A stretch of 64,000 bases of DNA from Tubulanus polymorphus. Lineage: Eukaryota > Animalia > Nemertea. The notes beneath the pieces were generated by a model. That model saw only the letters and a list, made by a program, of their open reading frames with translations. It was not told where the DNA came from and searched no databases. The stretch spans positions 558,001-622,000 of the forward strand of contig NC_134035.1 of the NCBI RefSeq assembly GCF_964204645.1, read 5' to 3'. This document shows, one piece after another, positions 24,541 to 36,720 of the stretch. Both the position numbers and the translations under genes were made by a program. The first letter of the stretch is position 1, and the number at the start of each line of letters is the position of its first letter.

Positions 24541-25858
24541 AATTACTGGGCAAATACTAACTATTTGAATTGAATTTTCACTTAACCGTCACTGACTTAA
24601 GGGTCACTATTATATACCTGATTTACCTTCCGACACCACTCAACTGTAAACTGCCTTAATATCCAGGGCGTTCGGCGCTAAAATATCACGCTAGATTGTA
24701 AAAAGCAGATTTTATGGGCCACTGCAAGAATAAATATAGTAATTAATGGTACTAATTCTGCCTAGTAATGAAGCAGCAACAGCTTTCTGCGCCTGAATTA
24801 AATTAAATGACTGAATATCATGAATTCCTTGAAATCTAGACTTACAGAATAAACCAGGTACGGTACTGAGCAGGCAATCGAAAGGAACGACTCCAAATAT
24901 GACGGCAACAGCGACGCCCGACCAAATACCACAACACAGGACACACGACACGTAGTACAGAAGGCCTATCTATGTATAGGTTGGAAACCGAGGTCACATT
25001 TCTACGCGAAATAAAACCGTCTTAGCGTTAGCTTAGAACCCGGTCAATCGTACGAGACCTATATATATATCTCACGCCATAAATCATAATTTGTCGTACC
25101 AGTAAATGTATGAATCCATTTCATCCACTTACCTATTAACGCCTAATGAGAGAAATATCATTGCTCGAAGATTTAACCATGATGATAATTTATGGTCAAA
25201 TAATATTGTGATCGTATGAGAGATTATGTTGTGTGATTGTTGTATGGCTGTGAAAACTTGGATTCGGGAAGCCTCGGTTTTTTACTGTTCCTTCCTCTCT
25301 ATTTCTGTTATATATAATGTGAAATATATCCACTTATTTATTTATTCATTCACTTATATTGAAATATGTATTTATCTAACTATATCAGTTTATTACCGAG
25401 TAATGATTTTACATTATATGTAACTGAAATTGTAAAGCTCCCATACAATTTGGCTAGTCTGTTGACCATGTGCGTTCCGCTTGCTTTGTCGTCCTCCGCA
25501 GATGATGCATAACTATGCATCATCGTGGTTCCATAGGAGCTAGCGAGGATGATGTTGTGTGAGCAACCATAAGACGTCCAGATATCCCTTCTGGTTCTAC
25601 ATCTAGTACCGCGATTATCAAAGTTGGTTTTGACGGCATGTCGAGTCAGTCGTTTACAACGAGACGATAGAAACATAGAAACATTGCATAAACAAAGACA
25701 TTCTACATTCTACATTGTACTTTACTGTATTAAAATCCTGTAAACCCCTAGGCCTACAATGGTTTATACATTTATAAATATTGTGCGTTGTTCAAAGGAT
25801 TCTGTCAATAAACTGTCAAGTTAGTGTTCTCGTTACCTTACAATTTCAATGTAATAAA

Positions 25859-28800
25859 TTACATATTAGTGGCATGAGAGTTCAATGTTTGTAACTCAGA
25901 TTCCTCATTATCTGTTTTCACTACGAGAGATGATGATGATGATGGTTTGCGACACGAGGCGCAGCAGTTGATCTCAACTGGAGGCAGTTCATCTGGTAAA
26001 GGTTTCTTGTTCGTCTCGGGGATGAACAGCCCGATTAGAATCATAGATATAACACCGAGACCGGCGTACACTGCGAATGGAAGTGTCATGTGGATCGTCT
26101 CCTAGGAAAACAAGCATATATACCCTATATACCCGACGGGTTGGGCCAATAACACATTTTACATGTTTAACAAGTTTTTACAATTCTAACATTTTTAAGT
26201 GACAAGTGCTACACGGAGGCATCTTAGAGCATTTGGTAGAAAACCCCATGTTTTGATATAAAATGACATACCAGTGACGCAATCTGCGGTCCAAATATGG
26301 AACCAACGCGAGAAGCAAAATTACCGGATCCGATGGCTACATTCCTAGAAATATCAATTGGGTGACATTACTGCTTTGCACTTCAATGAATCGACGAGTC
26401 TAGGGTTAAGATTATTTTGGCCCTTCAATAAATCAACTTTTCCGGGGGCCGTATTCACGTGTAAACTTATAGATGTTGCACATTATTATTTCCGAGAACA
26501 TAAGTTCAGCGCAAATCTTAAAATACGAGCGCTTCAAGGATACGGTCCTTGACCTTGAGAATCTCCATTGATGCCGACCAGAATTCTGAGCGAACAAAAT
26601 CCACTCATTCATTGGGAATCGAACAATGCTAGTGCAGCATGGATTGTCTGAGGCCTGAACATTGATAACTGTATTGATCGTTTTTTCTTGAGTCTAAAAG
26701 CGTGGACACACACGCCTGCGCTCCCTGGATGTGGTTTGTGAGAGATTTTTGAAACAAGCGTTTCGTAAAAGTTTCTGTGATTAAAGTCAACGAACCTGAT
26801 CAATGTTGGATACAATTCACTAGAGAGCATCAACACAGAACTCCAGGCGTAATTACTGATCGAATCAGTGACAGCAGCGATGTAGGACACGGGAAGACGA
26901 TTCGTCGCTGAGACGCCGCTTAAATCTAAACTTATTATTACCATTAACAAGATCACCATCACAATCCAAGTACCAATAAAATTTTTTTTCCTGCCGCACC
27001 TACCGGAAACAAGAAAACTAATATGAAGCTCAGGAACCCGCTTGAAAAGTGTTTCCAATTGGGCTAAAAATTATATATTACCAATTCAGTACAAAAATCA
27101 CACCCCATCGCGTGGCTATGGTCAAAATCTTAGAAATGGCGAAATTGATGTAGACACTTCCAGCTAATGTTGACATCTGTGATGCGATACCATAAGTCCA
27201 AATAGCTACAGCCACCCTACAATATTGAGACGCACATATTATTCACAAATAGTATCAAGATAATAGTGAGTTTGAGACTGTAGAGTTTGATGTGAAGAAT
27301 TGATTACCATGAAAACTGAACAATCAGAGACGTTTTAATTAATTTCCTCGTCGAGTACAGATGTAAAACGTTGTAATTATATCTCTTATCATCAGCAGGA
27401 ACTATTCGTTTAACCATTTCAATATCCGGTTTAGGTTTCCTGTTCCATCGCGCAATTTTACATAGGTTTGTATAAGCTTCATCTATTCGACCTTTTTGTA
27501 CTAACCAACGAGGACTTTCTGGAATCAGCCTAAAATAAAATGTACAGTCGATGTAAAATCGAATGGCTGAAAACGACAGAGCATTTGGAATGAATGGAAA
27601 TTATCATACTGTAAACTGCTTGGCACAGTGCCAATTGCCTCAGATTTCAGCGTAATATATCAAAATGCTAACCATCGTCACACAGACTGCCTCGAAACTA
27701 CTCATATGTAATGGTCCTGCGAGAGTTCCGAGGTTCAAGATCGATGATGTCTTAGGCTATATTCAGGAGGTATGAATGTTTTTACTTACAGTATGAATAT
27801 AGGATAGACCGGTGCGCTAAACAGACCGATTGCTAGGGCGCAATTTTTCCAATCAGTCAACAGAAAGGCGAATAAATCAGCGATTAGTTCACCACATTGA
27901 AAACCGATTCTACAGCTGGCCACAGATCTCCAAAACGGCCCGAAATATTCGACCGTTAAACATGTCGTCACTGTTAGTTTCAGACCTGAATTAAGAAGAG
28001 GATACCATAAACTTGCTGATATGATATAGTGAAGACTTGATCAAAACTTGAGATCTTTATGATCTAATACAGATTTATGGATGACTATTTACCTACACAA
28101 ACACAACTAAGAAACCGAATAACCATAAACATCGGGAAATTCATCGTAAATTTCTGACAAACACAAGTCACCATTAGTAATGGCCAGATGATAATCAACG
28201 TTCTCTTGCGGCCGAATAGGTCTGAGAATTGAGAGCCAGCAGCACCGATTAGGACACCAACAAACGCGACACTTTGCGCCATCTTAACGGCGTAAGTTTC
28301 TTCACAAACAAGAGCAAACTAAAAATATAAAAACAGAAACAGTTCCATGGACGCCATCTCTACCGAAACGCCAGCTCTTCCGAAAAATGTGGCATTATCT
28401 CTGAATTACGTTGCACAAGCACAGTTGAGGGGCAAAATATTAGATGGATTTGTAGAGTATTTTCTTGACACATTTAATAAAAAAGATAGTTTGATCGGCA
28501 GCCAACAGGAAGGAGAGCTAGAAGAGGGCGCTGGAACTCGTGAGTTTACCTGCGATACAACTGTAATTCGTGGCCCGATGAATTCATATCCAGCACAAGG
28601 TTGTCCGTTCGCTTGACACTGCGGCGCTGATGTGGTCTCGTTTGTCGAGGTCGGAAGATCGTCGCCTGTGCCGTTATTCAGTAGAGATGTGATATTCGAA
28701 GTTGGACAAACAAAACCCGGATTTATCGAATCAAATACGAATATCATCAACACAGAAGCGGCCGCGGCTTCCATGAACAAAAAGAAAATATAGACGAGCA

Positions 28801-28894
28801 ACTGGAATCGTCCTGTATTACCAACTATTCGCAACACATCTTCGAAATTTGCTCCTTCCTTCGTTTCATCAGTATCGTCGTGGTCGTACTCCAT
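25859..28894 (-). CDS. SLC22-like organic cation/anion transporter (MFS), copy B, 8 exons
   Basis: Same exon layout and motifs as copy A with near-identical exons. No frameshift or premature stop seen. Confidence 0.9.
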
Positions 28895-29976
28895 TATTGC
28901 ATCTAACGTGAAATATGATTAAAACTGTCAGTAAATATGTGATTATCAGGCGGAGTTGCCGAGTTGTTAACATTTCACTAGGAATTGACATCGAACTCTA
29001 ACCGATGGAGACTGAGGGTTCGTGGTACATTGTAAAGCACAATTTGTTTTTGAAATTATGTATTCTCCTTTTATATTACAGGATCAAGTCCAAGATTTTA
29101 ACCCTAACCGACTCACAACGTGGAACTGAGTCTTTTTCCGTCACAGACTATTTTACGGCACATAAATGAATACCCGATAAAGAGTTTCTAATCCGGAATG
29201 TTGTCAAATTCCCTGAAGTTCCAATTGCAAAAGTGATTTTCATGCACACTGTTTTGGTAGGACATTAATATATTTATAGCGCTCCAACATTTTATTGACC
29301 AAAATGCCAATAAGCATTGATCAAGAGAAGAATCATAATAATTGCATGGTGGTATTAATTGAATCTGAATCTGAAGCAGAAAAGATGCTGACCTTTGACT
29401 ACCGTACGCAACGAGTCAGCTATAGTAGCAGGTAGGTAGCTGATGATAAAGCCAAGGCGTACGTTTCAAGACTAAGAAAGAATGTTATATTTTAGATAAA
29501 TAAGTTCAGAGATTAGCACTGTAGCTTGTGTTTATAATGCTTTCTACTTTAGATTAATATGATCATTAATAGATAGATTAAAACAAAATAAACAAGCTGT
29601 TGAAACTAGAAAATAATTGACAAATCACATACTTAGCTTCTTTAATGTAATAGTGTCACCGGTAACTTAAAAATATGCTAAGTCTTACATAAGGCGGACA
29701 CACGCAACCATAAGAAACAGATACAGTTTTAGATACTCGTCCCAGGTCGTGCTGGAAACACTAAATAAATGTGTTTGAGATTTGAGGGGATTAAGTATCA
29801 TTAATTACCACGTATAGGCTTGTAAAGAGCACGTTTTCTGGGCCACATAAAAATTGAAAGACAACAATAAATGACACCAAAAAATGAACATAATGACCTA
29901 TTTATATGTTTTTGCTCTGCATAATTATTATTGACAACAAAAGACTTATGTCAGCATATGTCAGAAGATAGAATAT

Positions 29977-30164
29977 GAGATTTTTCTGGCTTACATGGAC
30001 ACATCCTCACCCCCGGCAGGGATTCGAACCTGACGAGATTGAGATTGCCGCGGTACGGTTCGTACCGTGGCTGAGAGTAGCGATGCCATCAGGTTCGAAT
30101 CCCTGCCTAGGAGAATGAGGTAGAACGGTGTAACAAGAGAGTAGCGTCTTCCCTAGAAAATCTC
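29977..30164. mobile_element. Nested-palindrome repeat with tRNA T-arm (B-box) arms
   Basis: Outer IR GAGATTTTTCTGG / CTAGAAAATCTC. Inner perfect 19-bp IR GGCAGGGATTCGAACCTGA / TCAGGTTCGAATCCCTGCC. Central hairpin CCGCGGTACG-GTT-CGTACCGTGG. A related degenerate copy lies at ~21610-21665. Confidence 0.7.
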
Positions 30165-31451
30165 TAATTCATTTTCTACATACGACGGATCGAGGTATAG
30201 CTGATCTATGGATAGAGTCCAGAATACTTCTGCGGTTTATATATAGTCAGATCGAATCCACCCCAGAATATGTGGCTGTTATTATTTACTGATTACGTGA
30301 ATTCCTATCAAACATCGAATAGACAAATATGTATATATGTATATGTATATATATACATATATCAATTCCTTTATTTTTTATGGAAGCTGAATACACCCAA
30401 TGCCATGAATCTTTATCGTAAAAATCAGTGTTATACGCAGCTGTTACGAAGGAAGTGTTCACATATGGACAGGCCCAAGAATTTTTTTAGTTGTTGTGGG
30501 TTTGTGACACATGGGTTGATTGAGCCGCGACGTAAATAACATATTGTCAGACACGCTACGCCCATAGAGGCAGATCATAACAAACTCATCGTCAACACGT
30601 AAGTACAGTATTATACTTATAAAGCGATATAGCTGGATTCAATCCATGAGATTTTGTTGGAAGATTGTAAATTTGGGCTAGAAACTTTGTAAGTATATCA
30701 TTTAAGTGAAATCAGTTGCAACCAACGTCGTCAAGATCTGCGGTATCAGTAATTCAGTACCAGTTACCAGTTCCGAATTAGGTTTTGAAGTTGAATCAGT
30801 TCATTTTTAATGTTTTCACTAAATGAGCCAAATCACAAAAAAGGGATTGACCCTCTCATTTGATAGGTAGATTTGATTGGATTTTTTTTAACGTGATGTC
30901 CCTACCGGGAGAGAAATAAGGGGTTTGATTTTGAAATCGAAAATCGAAGTGTAGATATGATAGTTGTGTGATCGGCGGTTGAATTTACATAATTTTTTGT
31001 TTAAATCGGAACATATAATCGTAAATTTCCAGGGGCGGGTCCAGCTTACCTTCCATGCCTTCCGGGGGGCAATGTGAATTTCCAAAATGCGCTTAAATCA
31101 AAGTCGTAGATTTTTGTGTAAAATCAATCAAGATTGGTGTAGTCAGATAAAAAGGGGCACCATATCCAATAAAAAAGGCACATAAAGTAAAAGGAACAAA
31201 TAAAAGGGCAACTTGTAATGGGCCGATACGGTGAACAAATTTTAAAGGGCACAATTCCGGAAGATTCCAAGAAAAGGGGCACTTTTTACCGGTCAACCAT
31301 AGGTGCCCAATATAGGTTAAGGGGCGCCAAAACACGTATAGACGATGGCGAGGAAGTCCTCTAATTGAACAGTGTTCTTACTCGGTGTTAAATTCACACG
31401 TGTACATTCAGTTTTACTTTCATATAGGTATCGTTAATATCGGTGAATTCG

Positions 31452-32018
31452 ATGGGGCCTCCTCCGGCGCCACCACCGCCTCCACCGGCGTACAACACCA
31501 GTTCATCGACGCAATATCTCCACTACAGAACAGATGATGAGAGCACGCCGTTACGAAAGAAAACCGATACAGATACGATTCATAATCGTATCCTCGGTAC
31601 TGGTATCACCATTCTGTTGTTTGGTATTGCGATAATGGCTTACGGTGGCTACTACGAATATCAATATCGTTGCTTTAAACGAGAAGATTTTGGATGCTCC
31701 CTCTTGGCACCGCTGGCGTATGCTATAGTATATCTGATAACGGGAGCGTTGGGAATCGTGGCGGGTAAAACCAGGAAACCAGGTTCTACAATTGCCGCGA
31801 TTATTTTTGGCCAGTTTTCGTTGTTAGCGACAGCGATTTATATCATTATCTCGTCATTTTTAAACTCTGAAGGAGCATGGAGTGATGGTGAAATCGTCTG
31901 GAACGCATCGTTTATTACAGCTATTGTTGCTATAGCTGTGTCGTTTGCCATATTTTTAGCTAGTATCGTACAGATGGCATTCGGCTTCAAGGCACTGTTG
32001 GTCACCTCCAGGTATTAA
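31452..32018 (+). CDS. MS4A/CD20-like four-transmembrane protein, single coding exon, 188 aa
   Basis: First ATG at 31452 after an acceptor at ~31428. Poly-Pro N-terminus with PPAY, four hydrophobic segments, and AIVYLITGALGIVAG resembling MS4A TM2. Likely 5'UTR donor at 30599; AATAAA at ~32116. Confidence 0.7.
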   Translation: MGPPPAPPPPPPAYNTSSSTQYLHYRTDDESTPLRKKTDTDTIHNRILGTGITILLFGIAIMAYGGYYEYQYRCFKREDFGCSLLAPLAYAIVYLITGALGIVAGKTRKPGSTIAAIIFGQFSLLATAIYIIISSFLNSEGAWSDGEIVWNASFITAIVAIAVSFAIFLASIVQMAFGFKALLVTSRY

Positions 32019-33430
32019 ATGCATTGAGACTATGACTATGGCTAACGAACTTATCCCTCTATTTATTTCTCTAATTGCGGAATGTGGTCTCTATTAAGAA
32101 AATATCATCGTACTAAATAAAATAAAACTTCTAAATGAGTTCCCGTGTTATTTCGATTACGTCAAAACATTCAGCATTTTCGTGGAACCCTCGATTGCCG
32201 CAGTCAAAATTATTCTATCTTCACCCGTCAAGGGATTCGAACCCACTACGCTAAAGCCGTTCCCCGAACCCATTGACATCGCGAGTCGTTGGAGTCGTTA
32301 CTAGATGACCAGAATCCAGTCGAGCCAATCACAGCGCTTGTGACAAGCGACATTAGGCTTCTGTTGGATTTGCAGTTAAATGGACCAATCAGCGAACGTT
32401 TTAGCGAACAGGGAAGTATTTCGCAAGTTGATATAAATATGACGTCATGCGCAAAATCGCCAGTAATGAAATCGCGCGCCGTGAGGTCAGGGGGTACTTG
32501 CGGCGAGTTGGGGGAGCGATACCGGACCCCTGGCAAGCGAGCATGAAATGTTCGGGAAACTTCCCACGTACACAATCACCAGCTTAAAGTCTGACATTCG
32601 TTTTTCTTTTTTTAAATTGAAGACAATGAAAATGTAGTCGAATTAGATTGAACTTTCTTTGCCAACGCACAAAATGATAATAATACAGTTGTTTACCTAA
32701 CCCGATTACTTCAGCAATTCAGTCGTGAGTTTAATCGACCCACATATAAACATTCAAATCAGTAGTTGGGAGCGTTAAACACATAAACCTTGAACCTTCT
32801 CGGATCGACGAATAGTTTTTCGAAAATAGTCGAATAGTGTATTTCAGAGACGTTTCGGATTCACTCCGACAATTTTTGAGGACAGGATACAAAAACAAAA
32901 ACTAATTTCAAGGTTTATTGACGACTTGGAAAATAAACCGCGTTATAGTGTCGACAACGAATGATTTAACTATAAAATATCAAGGATAGATGTAAGATAT
33001 TTTTGGTTTTGAATATATCGATATTTGAATTGAATGGCAACCAGTCTAGCCTCGATATATCGATGATGTAATGCACATCCTTCAAAAAATAATTATCAAA
33101 ATTCATCAAAAATGAAATAAAGAGTCGTTAAATAGGCCTATAGTTCATTACAAAATAAACGAAATTTTATTCATTGCCTTAATCAGAATATAGGCGCATT
33201 AAATCGAATCTATTTTCAAATACCGAAAGAAGAATCAACACCTCGTCGCGGAGACCTGAAGATTTCGTTGACAACCGCGCACTTGCAAATTGCCTCTTGA
33301 CTTAGCGTTGAACTCAACATAACCATCCTTAAAAAAAAGTATCGACCCAAATCAAAAAGTAAGTAGGTGAACTTGCATAAAATCAAATCGGATTTTGTAA
33401 TACAATGCAGTATTTCGATTTCGAAATAAC

Positions 33431-33600
33431 CATCTGACGAGAGACCCCGGTCAGATTCCGAAACGTCGAGCATCTCCTGTCAGAAAAACGACTACACCAG
33501 ACGCTATGAAAACAAGGTTCTCGTCGAAATGCGAAATTGACTGATCTAGGTCTATTACATCTGACGATTATCTCGAAATCAGAGTTCGAAACGTCGTGTA
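33431..33600 (+). ncRNA. Tandem pair of minimal hammerhead-like motifs
   Basis: CTGACGA...CGAAACGTC at 33434-33467 and 33561-33595. The second has stem I TACAT/GTGTA. Confidence 0.55.
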
Positions 33601-34022
33601 TTTTGATAAATGAAATTCCTTTTTTTAAACTTTTAAATTCTCTATTCTCCATCTCTGTTAGTGAGTTTTAAACTTATATAGAACCAACTAAATTAAAAAG
33701 AAATATCTAAAAATCAATTCGTCCTAAAACGTTAATTGATTCGATTCCGTAGATTTGAATTCTATTCATTTCGTTCAAATGGACATTTAAGTGAAAGTCG
33801 AAGATAACGAGTTTGGGAGTGATTAATAATACATTTACGGGAAATGTTTTAATGCATCAGCCACGTGGTTCCCCGTCCGTCCACCCGACCGTAATCTAAA
33901 TGGATTTTACAATATGAAGAGATAACTGATTATATATACACACAACAGTCTATAGCGGCCATACAATAACCACCAGTCTCTTCACTCGTCGTTATTACCA
34001 CGAAAAAGCTCACAAATTCGAC

Positions 34023-34669
34023 ATGGCGAAATTATTTTTCTTGGCGCTTGCTTTGTTTATGGTAAGTAGATGGAATATTTTTACAATAATTCAATTCTAT
34101 TCTGTAAGTAATTCAAAATTTTTGTATGAATATTCTATAATGCGTTGACAACTAGGCCTAGGAAGTAACTATTCTAAATTCCTGGATCTAATCCTGTTAT
34201 ATGTTACTTAAACAATTCATATGAAACGTCTTGGTTTCACTATGGTCAACCCGTCGGTGGCCAAGAGACAACCGGTAAGGCTGCTGCTATAAGACACCAG
34301 GGCCCGCTTTTATAGACTGGTATTACCTTTAACCTGTTGGTTAACTCAATTGATAATGAATTGAGTTAACCCCCGGGTTAAAGGTAACACCAGTCTATAA
34401 AACCGGACCCTGGCTTTGTCTATAAAGACGACCCTGTGTATGTAATATGTACTTTGCAACTTTCTTCTATTCCATAGATCGCATATGAGACGCAAGCTTT
34501 CTCAGAGATCTGCAACCAACCGATGAAAGTTGGACCGTGTAAAGCAGCCTTCCAGCGATTCTACTTCAATAAAGCTCACGGTCAATGCGAGCAATTCATC
34601 TATGGCGGATGTCAAGCAAACGAAAACAATTTCGAAACGATGGCCGCGTGTCACTCTAAATGCATGTAG
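34023..34669 (+). CDS. Secreted single-domain Kunitz/BPTI-type protease inhibitor, 76 aa, 2 exons
   Basis: Exon 34023-34061 ([13 protein letters not shown]|GTAAGT) joins exon 34478-34669 ([63 protein letters not shown]). Six Cys in Kunitz spacing, FxYGGC and NNF motifs, AATAAA ~20 nt after the stop. Confidence 0.95.
34301..34409. mobile_element. MITE in the Kunitz gene intron
   Basis: IR GGCCCGCTTTTATAGACTGGTATTACCTTTAACC / GGTTAAAGGTAACACCAGTCTATAAAACCGGACC, flanked by CAG/CTG. Termini resemble the 3656 element. Confidence 0.8.
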
Positions 34670-36394
34670 ATTACATGATCTGTGATAATAAATAAAAGCA
34701 AATATAAGTAGTAACAATTTTTGTCATAATATTTCGACGGTCTTTTTTATAGGCAGACTACCTGAGAGTAATTACCTATTTTCAGAGCTCAAAATACTCT
34801 TAAAGTCTGACCAATTTCTGCGTATTTCAATTCGAGTCGGTGAAGGTGAAAACTCGAAATGAAATACCAGGAAGTCTGGTCTATACATTGGGGGTCTTCA
34901 AAGAACAATGGGGCCACATATTTCGACCAGGGGTTGTTTGATACTGGGCGTTTTATTTGCTTGTATCCAGCGGCCCGAAACCCACCAGGACTCTATATAT
35001 ATTACCATTATCGGTACACCGATATATAATGAATAATTATTATGTATGGTTCTGAAACAGCTGTTGTGTGTCTCTGAGGCGCTCTATCGCTTAAATCTGT
35101 TATCTACTGACCCGGTAAATATATGACAAATTTTAAAAGTGGCGCTGACAGGGTTCGAAGTCATACCCTGGAAAGTGAATATGGATCATGGCTTTTTCTA
35201 CCGCGCAAATTACAGCCTTTTAGGCGCGAATTGTTAAAGGACATTAGCGACATCTTGAGACATCTTCAACTACAAAGCCACAAAAAACAAGTTATATAGT
35301 CACTAGTCGAGTGGTCGCCTTTTTCAAGCTCGCTCCAGCCATTCGCTTATGAATGAAATTCAATTTGATCAATTGAGTTTTTATTTGAAAACTCTCTAAT
35401 GCACTCGATTCTCACGAAAGAGACGGTTATTTGTGCGAAAGCTTTCAAAATCTGTTCTGTTCTATTCAGCTCGCATTGCGCGCCGACGCGCTAATTGAAA
35501 TAAAACGCGTTTTAGTTGTTGTTTTTTTTCTATTTCGCTCTACGTAGAAAAATCTATTAAAACTTTCTTTAATTGAAACACAGTTTATTGTACAGGTATA
35601 TGAGAGAATATTACGAGCTTTTTCATGATTTATTCTATAGTCGCGGCGCAGACAAGCAGAATAATTTAAGAATCGAAATCCACTTAATCAACTGTCATGT
35701 AGTTTTATGCAATATCTCAAGTAACGTCGCGAACTGTTTCTATTCAATTGTGGCTAATAGAATAAAGCGGACACGTCCTTACCGTTCAATGTAAATCATT
35801 TAGATTTTGAAAAAAAAACGCCTTCACATTTTATGAAGATTTTCACATATAACGGAACAAGTTACGTAGAATTATACACATCTTTAGAGCCTGAGTTCGA
35901 AAAGAAAAAACTAGATTTCATACATGAATTACGATTATTTGTAGTATACAATAACGCGAGGAGCATTAAGTTGTAAAATATTTCCGCCGTTCCGGGAAAT
36001 TGAGATCGAAAAGTTATAAGTTATAAAACGATTTATGATTAAAGGAGGAAGTGTTTGAGGGAGTACGTTCACAATATTTTGGGATCTCAGTTATATATAT
36101 TTCTAGTTACCGTCAATTTGTGCACGGGCCATTCCCGTTAAAATCATCATCGTAGATTTTACTGTATTGATTTTTGAATGATTACAATTCGCAGCCCTCT
36201 CAATACTCAATGATGGAATTGTAAAAAAAAAAATTTCAACATTCTCGAAATCACTTGACCCAGAAATAACGAGGAGGTTTCGAGTATTTTTTTTTCCTTT
36301 TTACAAACGCCCGTTAGATCGAGCACACACAAAACTGTACCTCTGTCAAAAACTAGCATTGAACAAAAAAAAAACACAGAACTCGCCATGTGTT

Positions 36395-36720
36395 TATTTA
36401 TACAGACGGTGCGCATGCGCGGCGGCGGCGGCGGCCGGTACGCGACACAATGACATACACATACACACCACAACAGCGATTATCAGTAGCACCTCGCATA
36501 TCCGTGCTCTAATCAGGTGACTTTTACTCGCGGTAGTTTCACTGGTGGATCTAAAACGAACGAACGACTCAGACCCGGACTGCGACTTCCACAAACGTGG
36601 AACAGGGAATTTACGCTCTATATCGGGATGTATAAATGTGACGATGGTCGAATCGGATTATAACAACCCGATCGGATTATCTGCCTGAATAATGTTTATT
36701 ACTTGAATAAATGCGGTAAG
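36395..36720 (+). promoter_or_regulatory. Candidate promoter and non-coding first exon (possibly of the RASSF gene)
   Basis: NRF1-type palindrome TGCGCATGCGC, (GGC)n, TCAGT initiator at ~36483 and a GCG|GTAAGT donor at 36716. The link to RASSF is an inference. Confidence 0.4.

Noticed and set aside
32220-32260. tRNA gene on the minus strand (GGTTCGAATCCC)
   Set aside because: Only a T-arm-like fragment; no acceptor stem, D-arm or anticodon arm could be built. The same applies at ~30090 and ~35150.
32555-32575. HDV-like ribozyme (TTCCCACGT resembles L3)
   Set aside because: No flanking P3 pairing or P1/P2 nesting found.
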